The notes under the pieces were generated by a model. The model saw only the letters and a program-made list of their open reading frames with translations, was not told the origin of the DNA and searched no databases. DNA of 64,000 nt from NCBI GenBank assembly GCA_002269645.1, contig NIVC01001887.1, positions 62,001 to 126,000 of the forward strand, given 5' to 3'. The position numbers and the translations under genes are program-made. This document shows positions 1-12,635 of the stretch, in pieces. The DNA comes from Macrostomum lignano (lineage: Eukaryota). Every line of letters begins with the position of its first letter. Positions within the stretch are counted from its first letter, which is position 1.

Positions 1-866
1 GAATCAGTCATAAACTGAGTCAGGAATCAGTCATAAACTGAGTCAGGAGTCAGTCATAAACTGAGTCAGGAATCAGTCATAAACTGAGTCAGGAATCAGT
101 CATAAACTGAGTCAGGAGTCAGTCATAAACTGAGTCAGGAATCAGTCATAAACTGAGTCAGGAATCAGTCATAAACTGAGTCAGGAATCAGTCATAAACT
201 GAGTCAGGAATCAGTCATAAACTGAGTCAGGAGTCAGTCATAAACTGAGTCAGGAGTCAGTCATAAACTGAGTCGGGAATCGGCCATAAACTGAGTCGGA
301 ATCAGCCATAAACTGAGCCAAAATCAGCCATAAACTGAGCCAGAATCAGCCATAAACTGAGCCAGAATCAGCCATAAACTGAGCCAGAAAATCAGCCATA
401 AACTGAGCCAGAATCAGCAATAAACTGAGCTGGCAACCAGCCATAAACTGAGCCAGAATCAGCCATGAACTGAGCCAGAATCAGCCATAAACTGAGCCAG
501 AATCAGCCATAAAATGAGCCAGAATCAGCCATAAACTGAGCCAGAATCAGCCATAAAATGAGCCAGAATCAGCCATAAACTGAGCCAGAATCAGCCATAA
601 ACTGAGCCAGAAAATCAGCCATAAACTGAGCCAGAATCAGCAATAAACTGAGCTGGCAACCAGCCATAAACTGAGCCAGAATCAGCCATGAACTGAGCCA
701 GAATCAGCCATAAACTGAGCCAGAATCAGCCATAAAATGAGCCAGAATCAGCCATAAACTGAGCCAGAATCAGCCATAAAATGAGCCAGAATCAGCCATA
801 TACTGAGCCAGAATCAGCCATATACTGAGCCAGAATCAGCCATATACTGAGCCAGAATCAGCCATA
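1..866. repeat. Minisatellite, 22-23 bp unit (GAATCAGTCATAAACTGAGTCAG grading to GAATCAGCCATAAACTGAGCCA), in CHMP5 intron 2
   Basis: Direct tandem periodicity; ends about 22 nt from the exon 2 donor. Confidence 0.95.
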
Positions 867-890
867 AGCTTAGGTCTTTGGCTATGCTAC

Positions 891-3773
891 CTGCAGGTCC
901 TCAATTTTGTCCAAGTTGACTCCGCGGTAGCTCTTCTTGAACTCCTTGACCCCGCCTCGCATAGCTTCCACTGTGGTTTTTGTATCCTTGACTGTCTGTA
1001 TAGCGAAATTAGTCTGCTCCAAGTTGAAGCCCTGCTGCATCAGCTGCTCCCGCTGCTGCTCATAGCTTCGTTTCTGTTTGAGCACTCGCAGCGCCTTCTG
1101 CTTAACAAGATTCTTGGACGGGCCGTCGCGCATTTTGGCCATCTGTTCGCGATAGCCAGAGAGCTCCTGATCCAGCTTGGCGATCTTCTTCTCTATGGAC
1201 TCGCCCCGGCTGTCAATCTGGGTAAAAAAATTTAAAAAAATGGTTTAAGTACAAGATCATAGAAAGGGATAAATAGCTTTATTAATCTAATATATATAGC
1301 TTTTCTTAGCTATAGGCCTATTATATAAAGAAGCCATATTACATGTTATAACTTTAATAATTTTTTTGTACAAAGCTATTATTAGTAATAAATATGCTAA
1401 AATCCATAGTCAGGATCATGGCACGCCTACGCCAAAACTAGTGATGGATCCGAATATTTGGATTTGGAATCCGAATTCAAAAAAATGTGTCACTTTTTTA
1501 GAAATACAAATGTTTCAGATTTGAAGTTTTTTCCAAATGTGCTTCCAAATATGAAAAAATCAAGAAACCTAAACAAATTCAGGTTTGTAAAAGAAATAAA
1601 ACTTTTGAAATAAGAAAGTATATTAAAAAAAACAAAAACACAAGAATCAGTAATTTCCATTTGAAAAATACCAGTAAAACATATTTGAATCTGTTTCATA
1701 AAAAATGCAATGTTGATATAGGTTTGAATTAAAAAAAGATATTAATACATTTGCAAACAAAAAAGAGCAATCCTTTGGTTTACAATCACCTATTTTGCCA
1801 GTTTTGGTTTGCAATCACCTTCTATTCTGCTAGTTTTGGTTTGCAATCACCTTCTATTCTGCTAGTTTTGGTTTACGATCACCTTCTATTTTGCATACTC
1901 ATTGCAGCACAAAAATGGTATGTTCAAAACTGGCTGACAAAAAATATGCAAAATTGAAAGTGCAGGAGCAGGATGATGCTTTATATATTAGCTTTGGTAT
2001 ACAATCATTTGAATGTGTAACACACAAAAATGATTGTGAACCAAAGCTGGGTTAAAACTAATATTTATGTAACGCTCATGCACTTAAGTTAAAGTAATTT
2101 GCCAGCTTTGGTTTGCAATCATTTCAATGGAGTGCATGTGTAGAAGTGATTGTGAATTGAAGATGAGGGGGGTGCATAGCAATGAAAATTAATTACAAAG
2201 ATGTCAGACAAGCGACTATTTGACCTGGATTTTGATGCCCTCACTCTGAAATAAGCAGCGAGCAATTTTCCATTTTTTGAGACTATTTCTCATTTGACAC
2301 GCTTTCCTATAGCCAGTTTCAGTTCATAATCATTTTAATGGGTAACATACGTTTGGGTGATTGTAAACCAAAAGTGATATATAAGCTACTAGCTCAAACT
2401 TTAGTATTTGACATGCTTACTTACAGCTAGCTTTGGTTCATGATTGTTTTAATGGGCAACATGTGTAGGTGATTGTAAACTGAAGGTGATATATAAGCTA
2501 CTAGCTCAAACTTTAGTACTTGAAATATGGGACTATTTGACATGTTTTCTTATAGCTAGCTTTGGTTCATGATCATTTTAATAGACAACATACATGTGGA
2601 TAATCATAAACTAAAAGTGAAATATAAGCTATGACAGTCTTACCATCTTTTGAAATAAACAAAATCAGTTTACCAACTTTTGATTTTGTTTAATTGGAAA
2701 CCACATTTGGGTTTTATGTCTTACAACTTTTTTTGGTAGTGATTGTCACTGTTTGAGATGATTGTCACTGTTTTAGGTGATTGTTAACCAAAGGAATGCC
2801 CAAAAAAGTACTAATAAAGAGAAATTATAGGGCCTATGACTAATTTCCTATCTAAAAAAAATTTTAAATCTGAGCAAACCCTAGCAGCCATAAAGGTGGC
2901 AACCTAAATGGCATACACATGCATAAAGCATCCACCTCCACTAGATAGCCAATACCCAAATAGCCCCCTTTGCACTAAAGACAATTAGCCTTGCAGGCTC
3001 GCATAAACCAATACAATGCACCAGCATAATGCATATCTAACCCATTTTACGCCAGAATTTGCTATGAAAAAGGCCATCTTCCTAATTTTGGGCTAAAATT
3101 TTGTTTACAAACACTAAATAATTCAAGCTTTCATTAAAGATATAGTAGTACCTAAGCCTTACTTGGCTAGACCTAGGTTAATACCAAAAAATTCTTAATT
3201 AGAACAGAAATTAGGATTTTTCTATAACTTATTTATGTTATATAGGCCTAATTTATATTCTATATATTTGTTATACTCTAAGACTAAATACAAATATATA
3301 GCCTTTAGCCTAGGCTACCAAGGTCTATTTACATAGTCAAAGATAGACTTATCACCTAGACCTAGGCCTATACCATAGGCAGCATAGGCTATGGCTATAA
3401 ATTATTTATATGATATTCTGATTTTTATAATGATATTAAAAAATATGAGATAAAAAATTAAAATATAGGGGCCTAACAAATCAGGCAGCATTTATTTTTA
3501 AATTATAATTATAAATTCTAGGCCTACAATATGATAAATATCTTATATCAACTAATATACCTTATATAAAAGATAATTAATATCTTGCTCTGTGCCAAAA
3601 ATTAGTCAGAAATCCAACAACAGCATCATTCTAAGACTGAGATTGGTGTCATGTCACCTGAACCAGGCCAGGGTCACCAGGACACTTACATTTGTGATTG
3701 CATCATTCAAATTAGCTTTTGCAGGCTGTTTTCCACCACGGCCACCTCCAGATGAACCAAAAAGCCGCTGCAT
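891..3773 (-). CDS. CHMP5: Charged multivesicular body protein 5 (ESCRT-III, Vps60), 5' part; gene continues beyond the left edge
   Basis: Exon 1 3773-3690 ([34 protein letters not shown] donor). Exon 2 1217-891 ([19 protein letters not shown]...[21 protein letters not shown]...[10 protein letters not shown]...DKIEDLQ, GTAGCA donor). Both junctions phase 0. Closely matches the Snf7-family CHMP5 sequence. Confidence 0.93.
1765..2801. mobile_element. Non-autonomous TIR DNA transposon (MITE-like) in CHMP5 intron 1
   Basis: Left end GAGCAATCCTTTGGTTTACAATCACCTA versus reverse complement of right end GGGCATTCCTTTGGTTAACAATCACCTA. Many internal copies of TGATTGTAAACCAAAG in both orientations. A-runs on both flanks. 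Confidence 0.6.
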
Positions 3774-5724
3774 TGAAACTGTTAAGAAAATTGATTGACG
3801 TACAAGCCAAGGCTATAGTCGCCTATAGTTTGCTTACACTATTATTAACACTTGTATGTAACCAACCAAGTTTGTCACACTCACACTTTGATATTTAAGC
3901 AACAATTTTTAACTTTGTATGTGCCTAACTGATCAAGGAAGTTGTCTAGCTAGTATAGGTAGGCCTAAATGGCAGCACTTTACACAGTCAGCGTTAGCAT
4001 TTCGAACGGCAATGGCATGAGACTTGGTCAGTCAGGTAGGTCAGGTACTCAGGTAAGGGCCAGGTAAACGTCGCCGACGCGATCCATGCCGAAAGACATT
4101 TAAAACGATTATCCGATCTTTAACAAAATCGACCTGCCTTTTAAAGCATCTTTGTAGCTATTTTTTATGCACCCGTTTGGCGTCGAATAAGCTCTAATTT
4201 ATAAAAAAAATAAAAACCTTTTTGTTTGAGATACATATATTCGGAAACCAGTCATTTCGACGAAAAGCCATTAAACGCCCTCCCCTGGTATCAATTTTCA
4301 TGACAACACTGATTTCTCATGAACTTTGAAGCGTTTCGATTGAGCAGTCTAATAAAGCGGGTTTAAAAATGCTTCCAATTAATTATTCGCATACCTCCAG
4401 CTGTATAAAACGGCGATTGGCGATACTATTGTATCTTTGGGTAAATGCATGCAACGAACAGACTTTAATTATCGGTGTAACCAAGCCCGACAAACCCGTA
4501 GATCAATTCGATGTTTGACAATATTTACTTTTACATTTTACCGACGTTCAGTCGTTACTGTCGACGTAATGTAAAAGTACATATTTGTTAGCGACGTCAA
4601 AAGACGTCGGAAACATTGGCAGCCAATTGGAGAAGCTATTGTGGTGGTAGCATTAGTTTATCAGTGCAGTAGCAGTTAAAGTCCTGGTTATGGTACAGTA
4701 GGGGTGTTTCTGTTTATAGACTCGGGTTGCGCGAGGGAAGTTTATAGAACCTCGCCATATTTGGCATGCGGGGAGAGCGTATCAGCAGTAGCAGCGTCGG
4801 TATCTCTGTTACACCGTGCTATAAGTTGGGTGGACAGGTCCAAAACATCTCAGTAACTTATGTATAATCTACGAGATCATGTAGTTGGATAGTTTGTGTA
4901 GGTCTTTGATAGTTCTCATCTCCTTAAAAGCAAACTTGAAGCTTAAATCAGCTCACACTGTCATGTCGGTTTGGCCATAAGCTAGCTTGATTTATCGTCA
5001 TTGAAACAAACGAACTTTATATATAATTTCATATCTTTCATGCGACAGCAACCTGCATGGTCATTCCATTTACCAGACTCATGTCAGGCTACCAGCTTCT
5101 CTACAATTAGATCGAATCAACTTATTTAGCTTTCTAGAGAAGGACGCATAAAATTTGTGAGTTTAAAACATGATTGTGTTGCCACGTTAGAATTCCAGAA
5201 TCGCATTGAACAGTGCTGCTGCAGTCAAAATAATTTGTTTTAACAAACACCTGAGCCATTCTCCTAACTATAAGTAATTGAGTGGAATATAGCTGCACCA
5301 AATCCAGAATAATATTACAGTAATCGGAGTTCGGTCAAACTGAAACCGTCTCATCACCGAAAGCATTCAATGATGCTGGCTTTTTCGCTAATGAACCTGC
5401 ACCAAATGATTGACACATGCTGTTGTGCCAGACACAGCTTTTCAACAAAGAATCTTTCCTGCCGCTAAAACCCATAAATGCATCCGAACGATGGCTTCCC
5501 TAAACTTCCGGGGCGGATAGTGGAAGGCGCAGGTGACGGGGCGGATGGTATTAAAATTGCATCAATCTTTTATCACCTTGCCAATCTACTGCAGAAATTA
5601 ACTCTGAAGGCATAAAAGGCATAAAAGCACTAGAGCAGAACAGCAAAAACGAGCTGCTCAATAGTGAACTGACTCGCACTTTCTCATCATAATTTTTCTC
5701 GCCCGCAATTCAACCAGCTCAAGA

Positions 5725-6663
5725 ATGTATCAAACCCAAAAGCAACTCAAGGCGCTGCTATATTGCCTGCTGCTGATGGCGCTCGCTGCCTCGGCCACGA
5801 TCGATGCTGTGCATTCCGATCGGCAGATGGAGGTCTTCACTCAAGTGTCGCTTTCTGGCGCCCTATCGAGCTGCCGCCGCCTGCTGCTTATGCGCGTGCG
5901 GAGCCAGCAGGACTGCCTCATGCAGTGGATGAGGCTGCAGCAGATGGGAGCTCAGCCCGCCTTCATCCACTACACACCTTCGACTGATTCGAGACGCTGC
6001 GAGATCTCCGTCTGGTGCGACCAGCTGCTGTTGAACGAGTCGGAGACGCGCATCGCTCTGCTGCCGGCGTCTCAAAGTCCGCCGAGACTCGTGCTGTTCG
6101 CGGTCAAGTCCGGTAGCCAAGTCAACGTCCTGGACTCGTTCCTCACGCCCGTCGACTGCAACCGGTCTCTCCTCGTGTCGCCGATCGTCGGACCGCCTCC
6201 GCTCGACTTCTGGCGCTCGTGTTGGCTCGACCGACTTCCGGATCTCGTGAGACTCGTGTCCGGCAACACGATCTCGGTCGAGCTGCTCAAGAACGGCGTC
6301 ACGGCGCTGAAGATCTCGTTCGACGCCAGGTTCTCAGGACTGACTGCGACGAACTGGTTCAGCAAGAACAGACTGGTCGCCAGTGAGCCGGACTTGGGTC
6401 TGGAAAACAAGACATACAACTTCTTCTCCGTTGCTGGTCACGTGGATCCCGACGGGCTTAGTCGGTCATTCTTCATAAACATGGCTTACGGCGGCTGCTC
6501 AGGTGATGCTGGAGTTTTTGTTGTTACGCAAAAGCTCGACATTTGTTCGTGGGCTAAAGCAGGCAGTGGCACGGCTCAGCCGAAAATTCTCTACAATTTG
6601 AAGGCCGGTCTTTGGGAGAACAATGCGAATCTGGCAGACCACAAGCTGATTACTGTTGCCTGA
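5725..6663 (+). CDS. Uncharacterised secreted protein, paralog 1 (312 aa): signal peptide, Cys-containing PAN/apple-like N-terminal part, conserved C-terminal domain
   Basis: Open ORF with hydrophobic N-terminus (LLYCLLLMALAASA); near-identical copies at 9305 and 12636. The PAN-like call rests on Cys spacing only. Confidence 0.8.
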   Translation: MYQTQKQLKALLYCLLLMALAASATIDAVHSDRQMEVFTQVSLSGALSSCRRLLLMRVRSQQDCLMQWMRLQQMGAQPAFIHYTPSTDSRRCEISVWCDQLLLNESETRIALLPASQSPPRLVLFAVKSGSQVNVLDSFLTPVDCNRSLLVSPIVGPPPLDFWRSCWLDRLPDLVRLVSGNTISVELLKNGVTALKISFDARFSGLTATNWFSKNRLVASEPDLGLENKTYNFFSVAGHVDPDGLSRSFFINMAYGGCSGDAGVFVVTQKLDICSWAKAGSGTAQPKILYNLKAGLWENNANLADHKLITVA

Positions 6664-6819
6664 ACTCGCTGACACCCACATGCTGATTACTGTTGCCTGA
6701 ACTCGCTGACACCCACATGCTGATTACTGTTGCCTGAACTCGCTGACACCCACATGCTGATTACTGTTGCCTGAACTCGCTGACACCCACATGCTGATTA
6801 CTGTTGCCTGAACTCGCTG
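6645..6819 (+). repeat. 37-bp tandem repeat (about 4.7 copies) that includes the paralog 1 stop codon
   Basis: Unit GCTGATTACTGTTGCCTGAACTCGCTGACACCCACAT starts at 6645, 6682, 6719, 6756 and 6793. Confidence 0.95.
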
Positions 6820-7447
6820 TAAAAAGCGCCGACATAACAACGGAATGCAACCAATGTTTTGATTTTAATGTCCCATTTTTTTCAGGTTGAATAGGGGAAA
6901 TCTTGGATAAAATAGCTTGCTCTTGTTTTTGCGTACTACAATTCTCTGATTAGGAAGGTTTTAGTCATCACAACCCTCTATGATAGTATTTCAGAATCAC
7001 TAGTATTGAGAGAAAAATAAACAAGAGCGGACTCTGAGACAATTAGCTTTCTTGTTGTCCGGAATCTCAAATGACTTTTTTCAATGGTTTTCATTTTTTT
7101 TCAGATAGAGTTGACAATGGCCATGATTTCAATGGAATTCATCGTTCGAGCTCCAAGGCCATCAAGTAAGGCCAGTTTCGGGTTATCACGCTGTGATTTG
7201 AAGGCCAAATTGATGAAGCCTCAGTTGCTTGGCTTCACATTCGCAGAGCCTTGTCTTGGATGCACTTTTGAAATCTTAGAAAGATTGTTCAAATCAGTTT
7301 CAAAATGGGTCTGAATCAATTGCACATCGGTTGGAGCAATCTGTGACCACGGACTACTTAAGTATAGTTCAGTAGATATAAAGGGCGGTGAGCCGCGCTT
7401 AACTGCTGCGGCGGCCAACAGCGGTAGGACCAAGCGAGGGCAGCGGA

Positions 7448-8015
7448 GTCTACCTCGGCGGTCTGGTTCCCGGCCCCCGCGAGGATTTGCGGCGTCGCCG
7501 AGGGCTTGCCTGGGCTGCCTTTCGTTCTGTGAGGGCAGTCCTGCAATCCGAGGCCTTACCTGACCGCCAGAGGGCGGCGTTGTTCCAGGCGGTGATCGAG
7601 ACCGTCCTGCTGTACAACTGACTGCTGTACTGATGCTGACAAAGTCGCTCGAGCAACAAGTTGACGCGGCGCAAGCTGGCCTGCTGCGCGCCGCCTTCAA
7701 GATCGGCCACGAGCGAGTGGCCAACGCGGCTTTTCATCACCGCGCCGGCCTGGTCCGTCAAAGCAACCTGTTGCGCCGTCGGTGACTCCTGCTGGCAGGC
7801 GACATCATCCGCGCCTAGTCGTACTGCCCACAGCCAGTGCAGGAGGTGCTGCTGCTCACGCTGCAGGCACCCTACCGGCGGGGGCAGGCCCACACTTGGC
7901 GTTTCGTCGACTGGCGGCTGGCTGACGCCGGCGTCCCGGATTCGTCCGTTAATTCGCGACCTGGCCCTGAGGCGCGCCCTGTGACGCTCAACGCGTATTC
8001 TGTTGTTGTTGTTGT
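7448..8015 (+). mobile_element. 5'-truncated, decayed RTE-type non-LTR retrotransposon (3' end of ORF plus tail)
   Basis: Translates as VYLGGLV..EDLRRRRGLAWAAFRSV..LFQAVIETVLLYN / LTKSLEQQVDAA..LLRAAF..RR*LLLAG, resembling the RTE RT C-terminus, with stops and frameshifts. Ends in a (GTT)n tail. Confidence 0.75.
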
Positions 8016-9304
8016 AGATACAAAGACACCTAAGTAGTCCCTGTCTGACTCGCGGAGCGGCTAGCGGTAATGCGTGCCCGGTCCTTATTGACTTAACCCG
8101 AAGAGCAACCAGCATCACAGAGGCCACTTGCGAGTCATCAATGATTCGTTTGATCAAACAACTCTGCGGCAGTTCAAGCACAGCTGTGTTGACATTCCAT
8201 GAAGCTACTACTGACTAACATCTACTTATACGCGGCTTTCTAGCCATCCCATAAGGTGTGCCTTTGTATAATTTAGCCAGTTAACAAGTGTACCAATAAA
8301 TCCTCTTTTGGGGGATTTTAATTCTCTTTAGAGAAATTCTGCAGAGTAAATAGAAAGGGACCCCGTAGTTTTTGCTTTTCAAAAACAAGGAAACTTAGAA
8401 TTATTTATATTCAACAACAATTGCATGGACTAAAGAGGAAACTGCAGATCACGGAAAAGCGAGCCATGAAGGATCACAAAATTTATAAAATATCGCTACT
8501 TGTTTAAAAAAACTAACGAGTTGCGACACCAGATTACAAGACAGTTAATGTATATATAAGAGTTGTACACTGACAGCAGGATAGAACTTCAACAGTACAT
8601 GTTGACAAGAGAATCCTAAGAACCGAGCACTCAACACTTGGCGGCTAACCTCGCATTTGCAATTGTAGCTGGACAGCAAAATTCAAAGGGGGTGTAGCAC
8701 AGTCTAGTCTTTGCTAGTATATTTATTATCAATTTACTAGAAGGCGGGGTTGGTACATGCTTTAACAGGGGGGGGGGGGTTTGTACGTGCGCATGATTTG
8801 CTATGTACTCGTATGTTATAACCAATCAGAATGGGAGGAGGCGAGAAAAGGTGGCGTGAGGCGCAGAGGCGGGGCAGGTGCAGTAGGCAAATCACGAGTA
8901 ATAGTACAGACAGACGTACAATCAAGTAAACAAACCTTTACTCTTCAAACCAGTGTATGTCTACAGTTGAGTTCGCAGCGCAGTGACTGAGACCAACGGT
9001 CCAAGAGCTAGAACTCTGACACTGCTCATGGGCGCTAAAATCTTCGAACTCACTGCAAAAGTTGATTAAAGGGACGCCAAAGCAAATTTAAAAGGTTCGA
9101 ACAAAAATAATCGAAAATTTAAACAGGGTGACAAAAAGGTGTTAGAAGTTTGCATGGGGTAAATATGCAAACTCCGCAGCATTCGGTATCAAGGAAACAC
9201 GAATGGAAATGTTAAGATTTTAGAATTTTTGAGGATTTTCTGAAAAGATGACAAACAAAACTTTTTGAGTTTAAAGTACATCAGGAACTGTTACCGCAGC
9301 AAAT

Positions 9305-10307
9305 TCAGGCCACATAGACGAGCATGTAGTCAGCCAGCTGCACGTAGTCCTTCCAAAGACCGGCCTGCAAGTTGTACAGAATTCTGGGCAGAGCCGTGGT
9401 GCTGTTGCCGGTCAAGGCCCAGGCACAAACATCATACTGGTCCATTACAGCCAGGACTCCAATGTCACCTGGGCAGTCACTGTACTCCATGTTTATGAAG
9501 AATGACCGACTAAGCCCGTCGGGATCCACGTGACCAGCAACGGAGAAGTAGTTGAAGTTCCTGGAGGCCAGACCCAAGTCCGGCTCGCTGGCGACCAGCC
9601 TGTCCTTGCTGAACCAGTTCGTCGCAGTCAGTCCTGAGAACCTGGCGTCGAACGAGATCTTCAGCACTGTGACGCCGTTCTTGAGCAGCTCGACCGAGAT
9701 CGTGTTGCCGGACACGAGTCTCACGAGATCCGGAAGTCGGTCGAGCCAACACGAGCGCCAGAAGTCGAGCGGAGGCGGTCCGACGATCGGTGACACGAGG
9801 AGAGACCGGTTGCAGTTGACGGGCGTGAGGAACGAGTCCAGGACGTTGACTTGGCTACCGGACTTGACCGCGAACAGCATGAGTCTCGGCGGGCTTTGAG
9901 ACGCCGGCAGCAGAGCGGTGCGCGTCTCCGACTCGTTCAACAGCAGCTGGTCGCACCAGACGGAGATCTCGCAGCGTCTCGAGTCAGTCGAAGGTGTGTA
10001 GTGGATGAAGGCGGGCTGAGCTCCCATCTGCTGCAGCCTCATCCACTGCATGAGGCAGTCCTGCTGGCTCCGCACGCGCATAAGCAGCAGGCGGCGGCAG
10101 CTCGATAGGGCGCCAGAAAGCGACATCTGTGTGAAGACCTCCGTCTGCTGATGGGACTTCACAGCATCGGCCTTTGCCGCGGTGGCTAGGAGCGCAATCA
10201 GCAGCTGGGCGCAGAGAAGATCTGCAAGCTTGCTAAGGAGGCAGCGTGCATTGCGTGAGATCGTTATCAAGTTACAAAAGTATTCAGACACGAGAAACTC
10301 ACCTCAT
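9305..10307 (-). CDS. Uncharacterised secreted protein, paralog 2 (about 310 aa)
   Basis: Mini-exon ATGAG at 10307-10303 (GTGAGT donor), phase-2 intron, exon 10232-9305. Gives MSKLADLLCAQLLIALLATAAKA signal peptide plus the same core as paralog 1. Confidence 0.8.
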
Positions 10308-11451
10308 ATTGGCTTGGATATCCGCTGACTTTCTCACAGAGCGTCAAGCCGAAGAAAGGTTTTATCCCCTATAAAAGGCGTGAAAGTGGAGCTAAAGAGC
10401 TGCTTAAGCATGTTTCTTAGAATCCCAATTAGAAAATCGTCACCTGAGAAAATCGCCCAGACATGAGGCGAGATGATGAATTCAAACATTCTCGATTTTA
10501 TCCCGCGCGTTTCCCACGCCAGAAAGCTTTTGTCGCTAAGAGAGAAATTAACTTTGCAATTTACAATAGTGCTCTGCATTTCATGCTTGATTGATGCATG
10601 AATCAGCCATCAGTTAACGGGCCTGTTGCAAGATTACTTTCTCATTTGATTGACAGATTGGTCGACTAGGAAAAAGAAGAATTCCTGGTTGCCTTAGGGG
10701 TTTTAGCAAGAGACAAAGAGAATGGATGTCGGTTGCATTTATGTCCATTATTATGCTCTACTACGCTCGTATGAGCTACTCCAGGAAGCCGAACCTGGAG
10801 CACAGATTTTCTTTAAATTCCGGAAGAATTCTTTGTAGACTATGCCTTTCTCTTTGTGTCTGTCTACACGCACTGCAGGAAGTGCAGTAACTGAGGCTGC
10901 ATAGCAGCATAGGGGCAACCATTGTTTCCAGAAAATCTTTTTTCAGATCAATCTAAGCGCTATCATTTTGGGTCGGAAATCCCAGTCTGTAGATGCTGTC
11001 GAATCGCTCATGAGCTGATTGAGTCCTTGCTCAGCTTATCATTTGCAAAATCTTAAAGTGAAAACTCTTTTAGTCGGTAAAACTTGGCACCTCGGACGCC
11101 TGAAGCAAATACCTGTCAGTCTCCTAAAGCTAAGAGTAACCGTGAGTTTCAAGGAAATTTGAGGAAATCAGACCTTGAAGCTTGTGAAATTTCTGCTTGA
11201 AGTACATGTAACTCCAACTAAACGAGAGTGAGTAACTAGCAATCTTCGACTCCTGTTTGGGGAGGCAACAAAGGAAGGAAAAGAAAGTTTTGAATAAACT
11301 ACGCGTAAGGTTTTTACTTTGTACAGTGTCACTATTGTTCATTTCTTGAGCAAAATGATGTTTAAAGTAAAAAAGTATCCGCTCCTAAAGCCAGCTGTCT
11401 AGCTTACAAGCGTAAGATACCAGATAATCAATGAGTTTTCGCTCTAGGCAT

Positions 11452-12025
11452 CTGAGCAACCCCCATGAGTAACAGCATTTCAGAATCACCCCCGCGATCC
11501 TTGACCTTCTCAGCAACTCCCCCATGAGCCTTGACCTCTCAGCAACTCCCCCATGAGTGACAGCATTTCAGAATCACCCCCGCGATCCTTGACCTTCTCA
11601 GCAACTCCCCCGCGATCCTTGACCTTCTCAGCAACTCCCCCGCGATCCTTGACCTTCTCAGCAGCTCTCCCGCGATCCTTGACCTTCTCAGCAACTCCCC
11701 ATGAGCCTTGACCTTCTCAGCAACTCCCTAATGAGTGACAGCATTTCAGAATCACCCCCGCGATCCTTGACCTTCTCAGCAACTCCCCCGCGATCCTTGA
11801 CCTTCTCAGCAACTCCCCCGCGATCCTTGACCTTCTCAGCAACTCCCCCGCGATCCTTGACCTTCTCAGCAGCTCTCCCGCGATCCTTGACCTTCTCAGC
11901 AACTCTCCCATGAGCCTGACCTTCTCAGCAACTCCCCCATGAGCCTTGACCTTCTCAGCAACTCCCCCATGAGCCTGACCTTCTCAGCAATTCCCTCCAA
12001 AATGCACAGCATTTCAGCAATTCCC
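11452..12025. repeat. Minisatellite, 30-bp unit (CCCGCGATCCTTGACCTTCTCAGCAACTCC) with higher-order variants
   Basis: Direct periodicity. Confidence 0.92.
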
Positions 12026-12187
12026 CGTGTAAGCCCGCCTTAACTCTGCACTTTTACTGGCCACAGCTTGTATCTGAATTCGTGAGCTCTGCGGTTAAAA
12101 TCAGCCGAGGAGGAGCAAGAACTCAGGAACTGCTCCAAGGCTACTGAAATTTCAAATCTTATTTCGAATCTTATTGGTCAACTGCAG

Positions 12188-12385
12188 GAAGGCCACATTA
12201 CCCGTGCCGCGCTGCACTGGCCACAGCCGGCGCAGGAAGTGCTGTCTCTGACGCCACAGGCGCCCTACCGGTGAGGACAGGCGTTGTGTCGACTGCCTAC
12301 TGACTGACGCTGGCGCCCCGGCCGATGTTCTCGCCCCGTGACCCCCTTAACATGACAGCGTGTTCTGTTTTCGCAGTTGTTTTCA
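12188..12385 (+). mobile_element. Short 3' fragment of the same RTE-like LINE family as 7448-8015
   Basis: CCACAGCCGGCGCAGGAAGTGCTG...GCGCCCTACCGG...GTCGACTG..CTGACGCTGGCG aligns by eye to 7828-7940. Confidence 0.65.
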
Positions 12386-12635
12386 ACGTCTACAGATTGT
12401 TTTATAAATAAAAAAATTGAGGCTGAAAGTTTTGAATGATGCTGATATTAATAGATCTTTTAGGGGATAAATATGTTGTTGTGTATAATATTTTCACAAT
12501 AAAACTTTAAAATGTGTATCTTGAGATTAAGTTAAAGAGTTTCACTTTAAAGGGGCTTGGTTGCTTGGTTGACAGGAGACAACTGCGAGCTCATCCTCGT
12601 CTGTCTCTATAGCGTAAAATTTATCCAGGGCCAAT

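Noticed and set aside
8035-8220. Possible second LINE 3' fragment
   Set aside because: Only a vague RVIN..FK resemblance; cannot be supported.
8730-8990. Promoter-like cluster (CCAAT box, GC box, GCGCATG)
   Set aside because: No adjacent 5' gene end (it lies between two 3' ends); short motifs alone are insufficient.
7448-12385. LINE fragments as mediators of the paralog duplications
   Set aside because: Both fragments are on +, whereas the adjacent genes are on opposite strands, and paralog homology does not extend into them.
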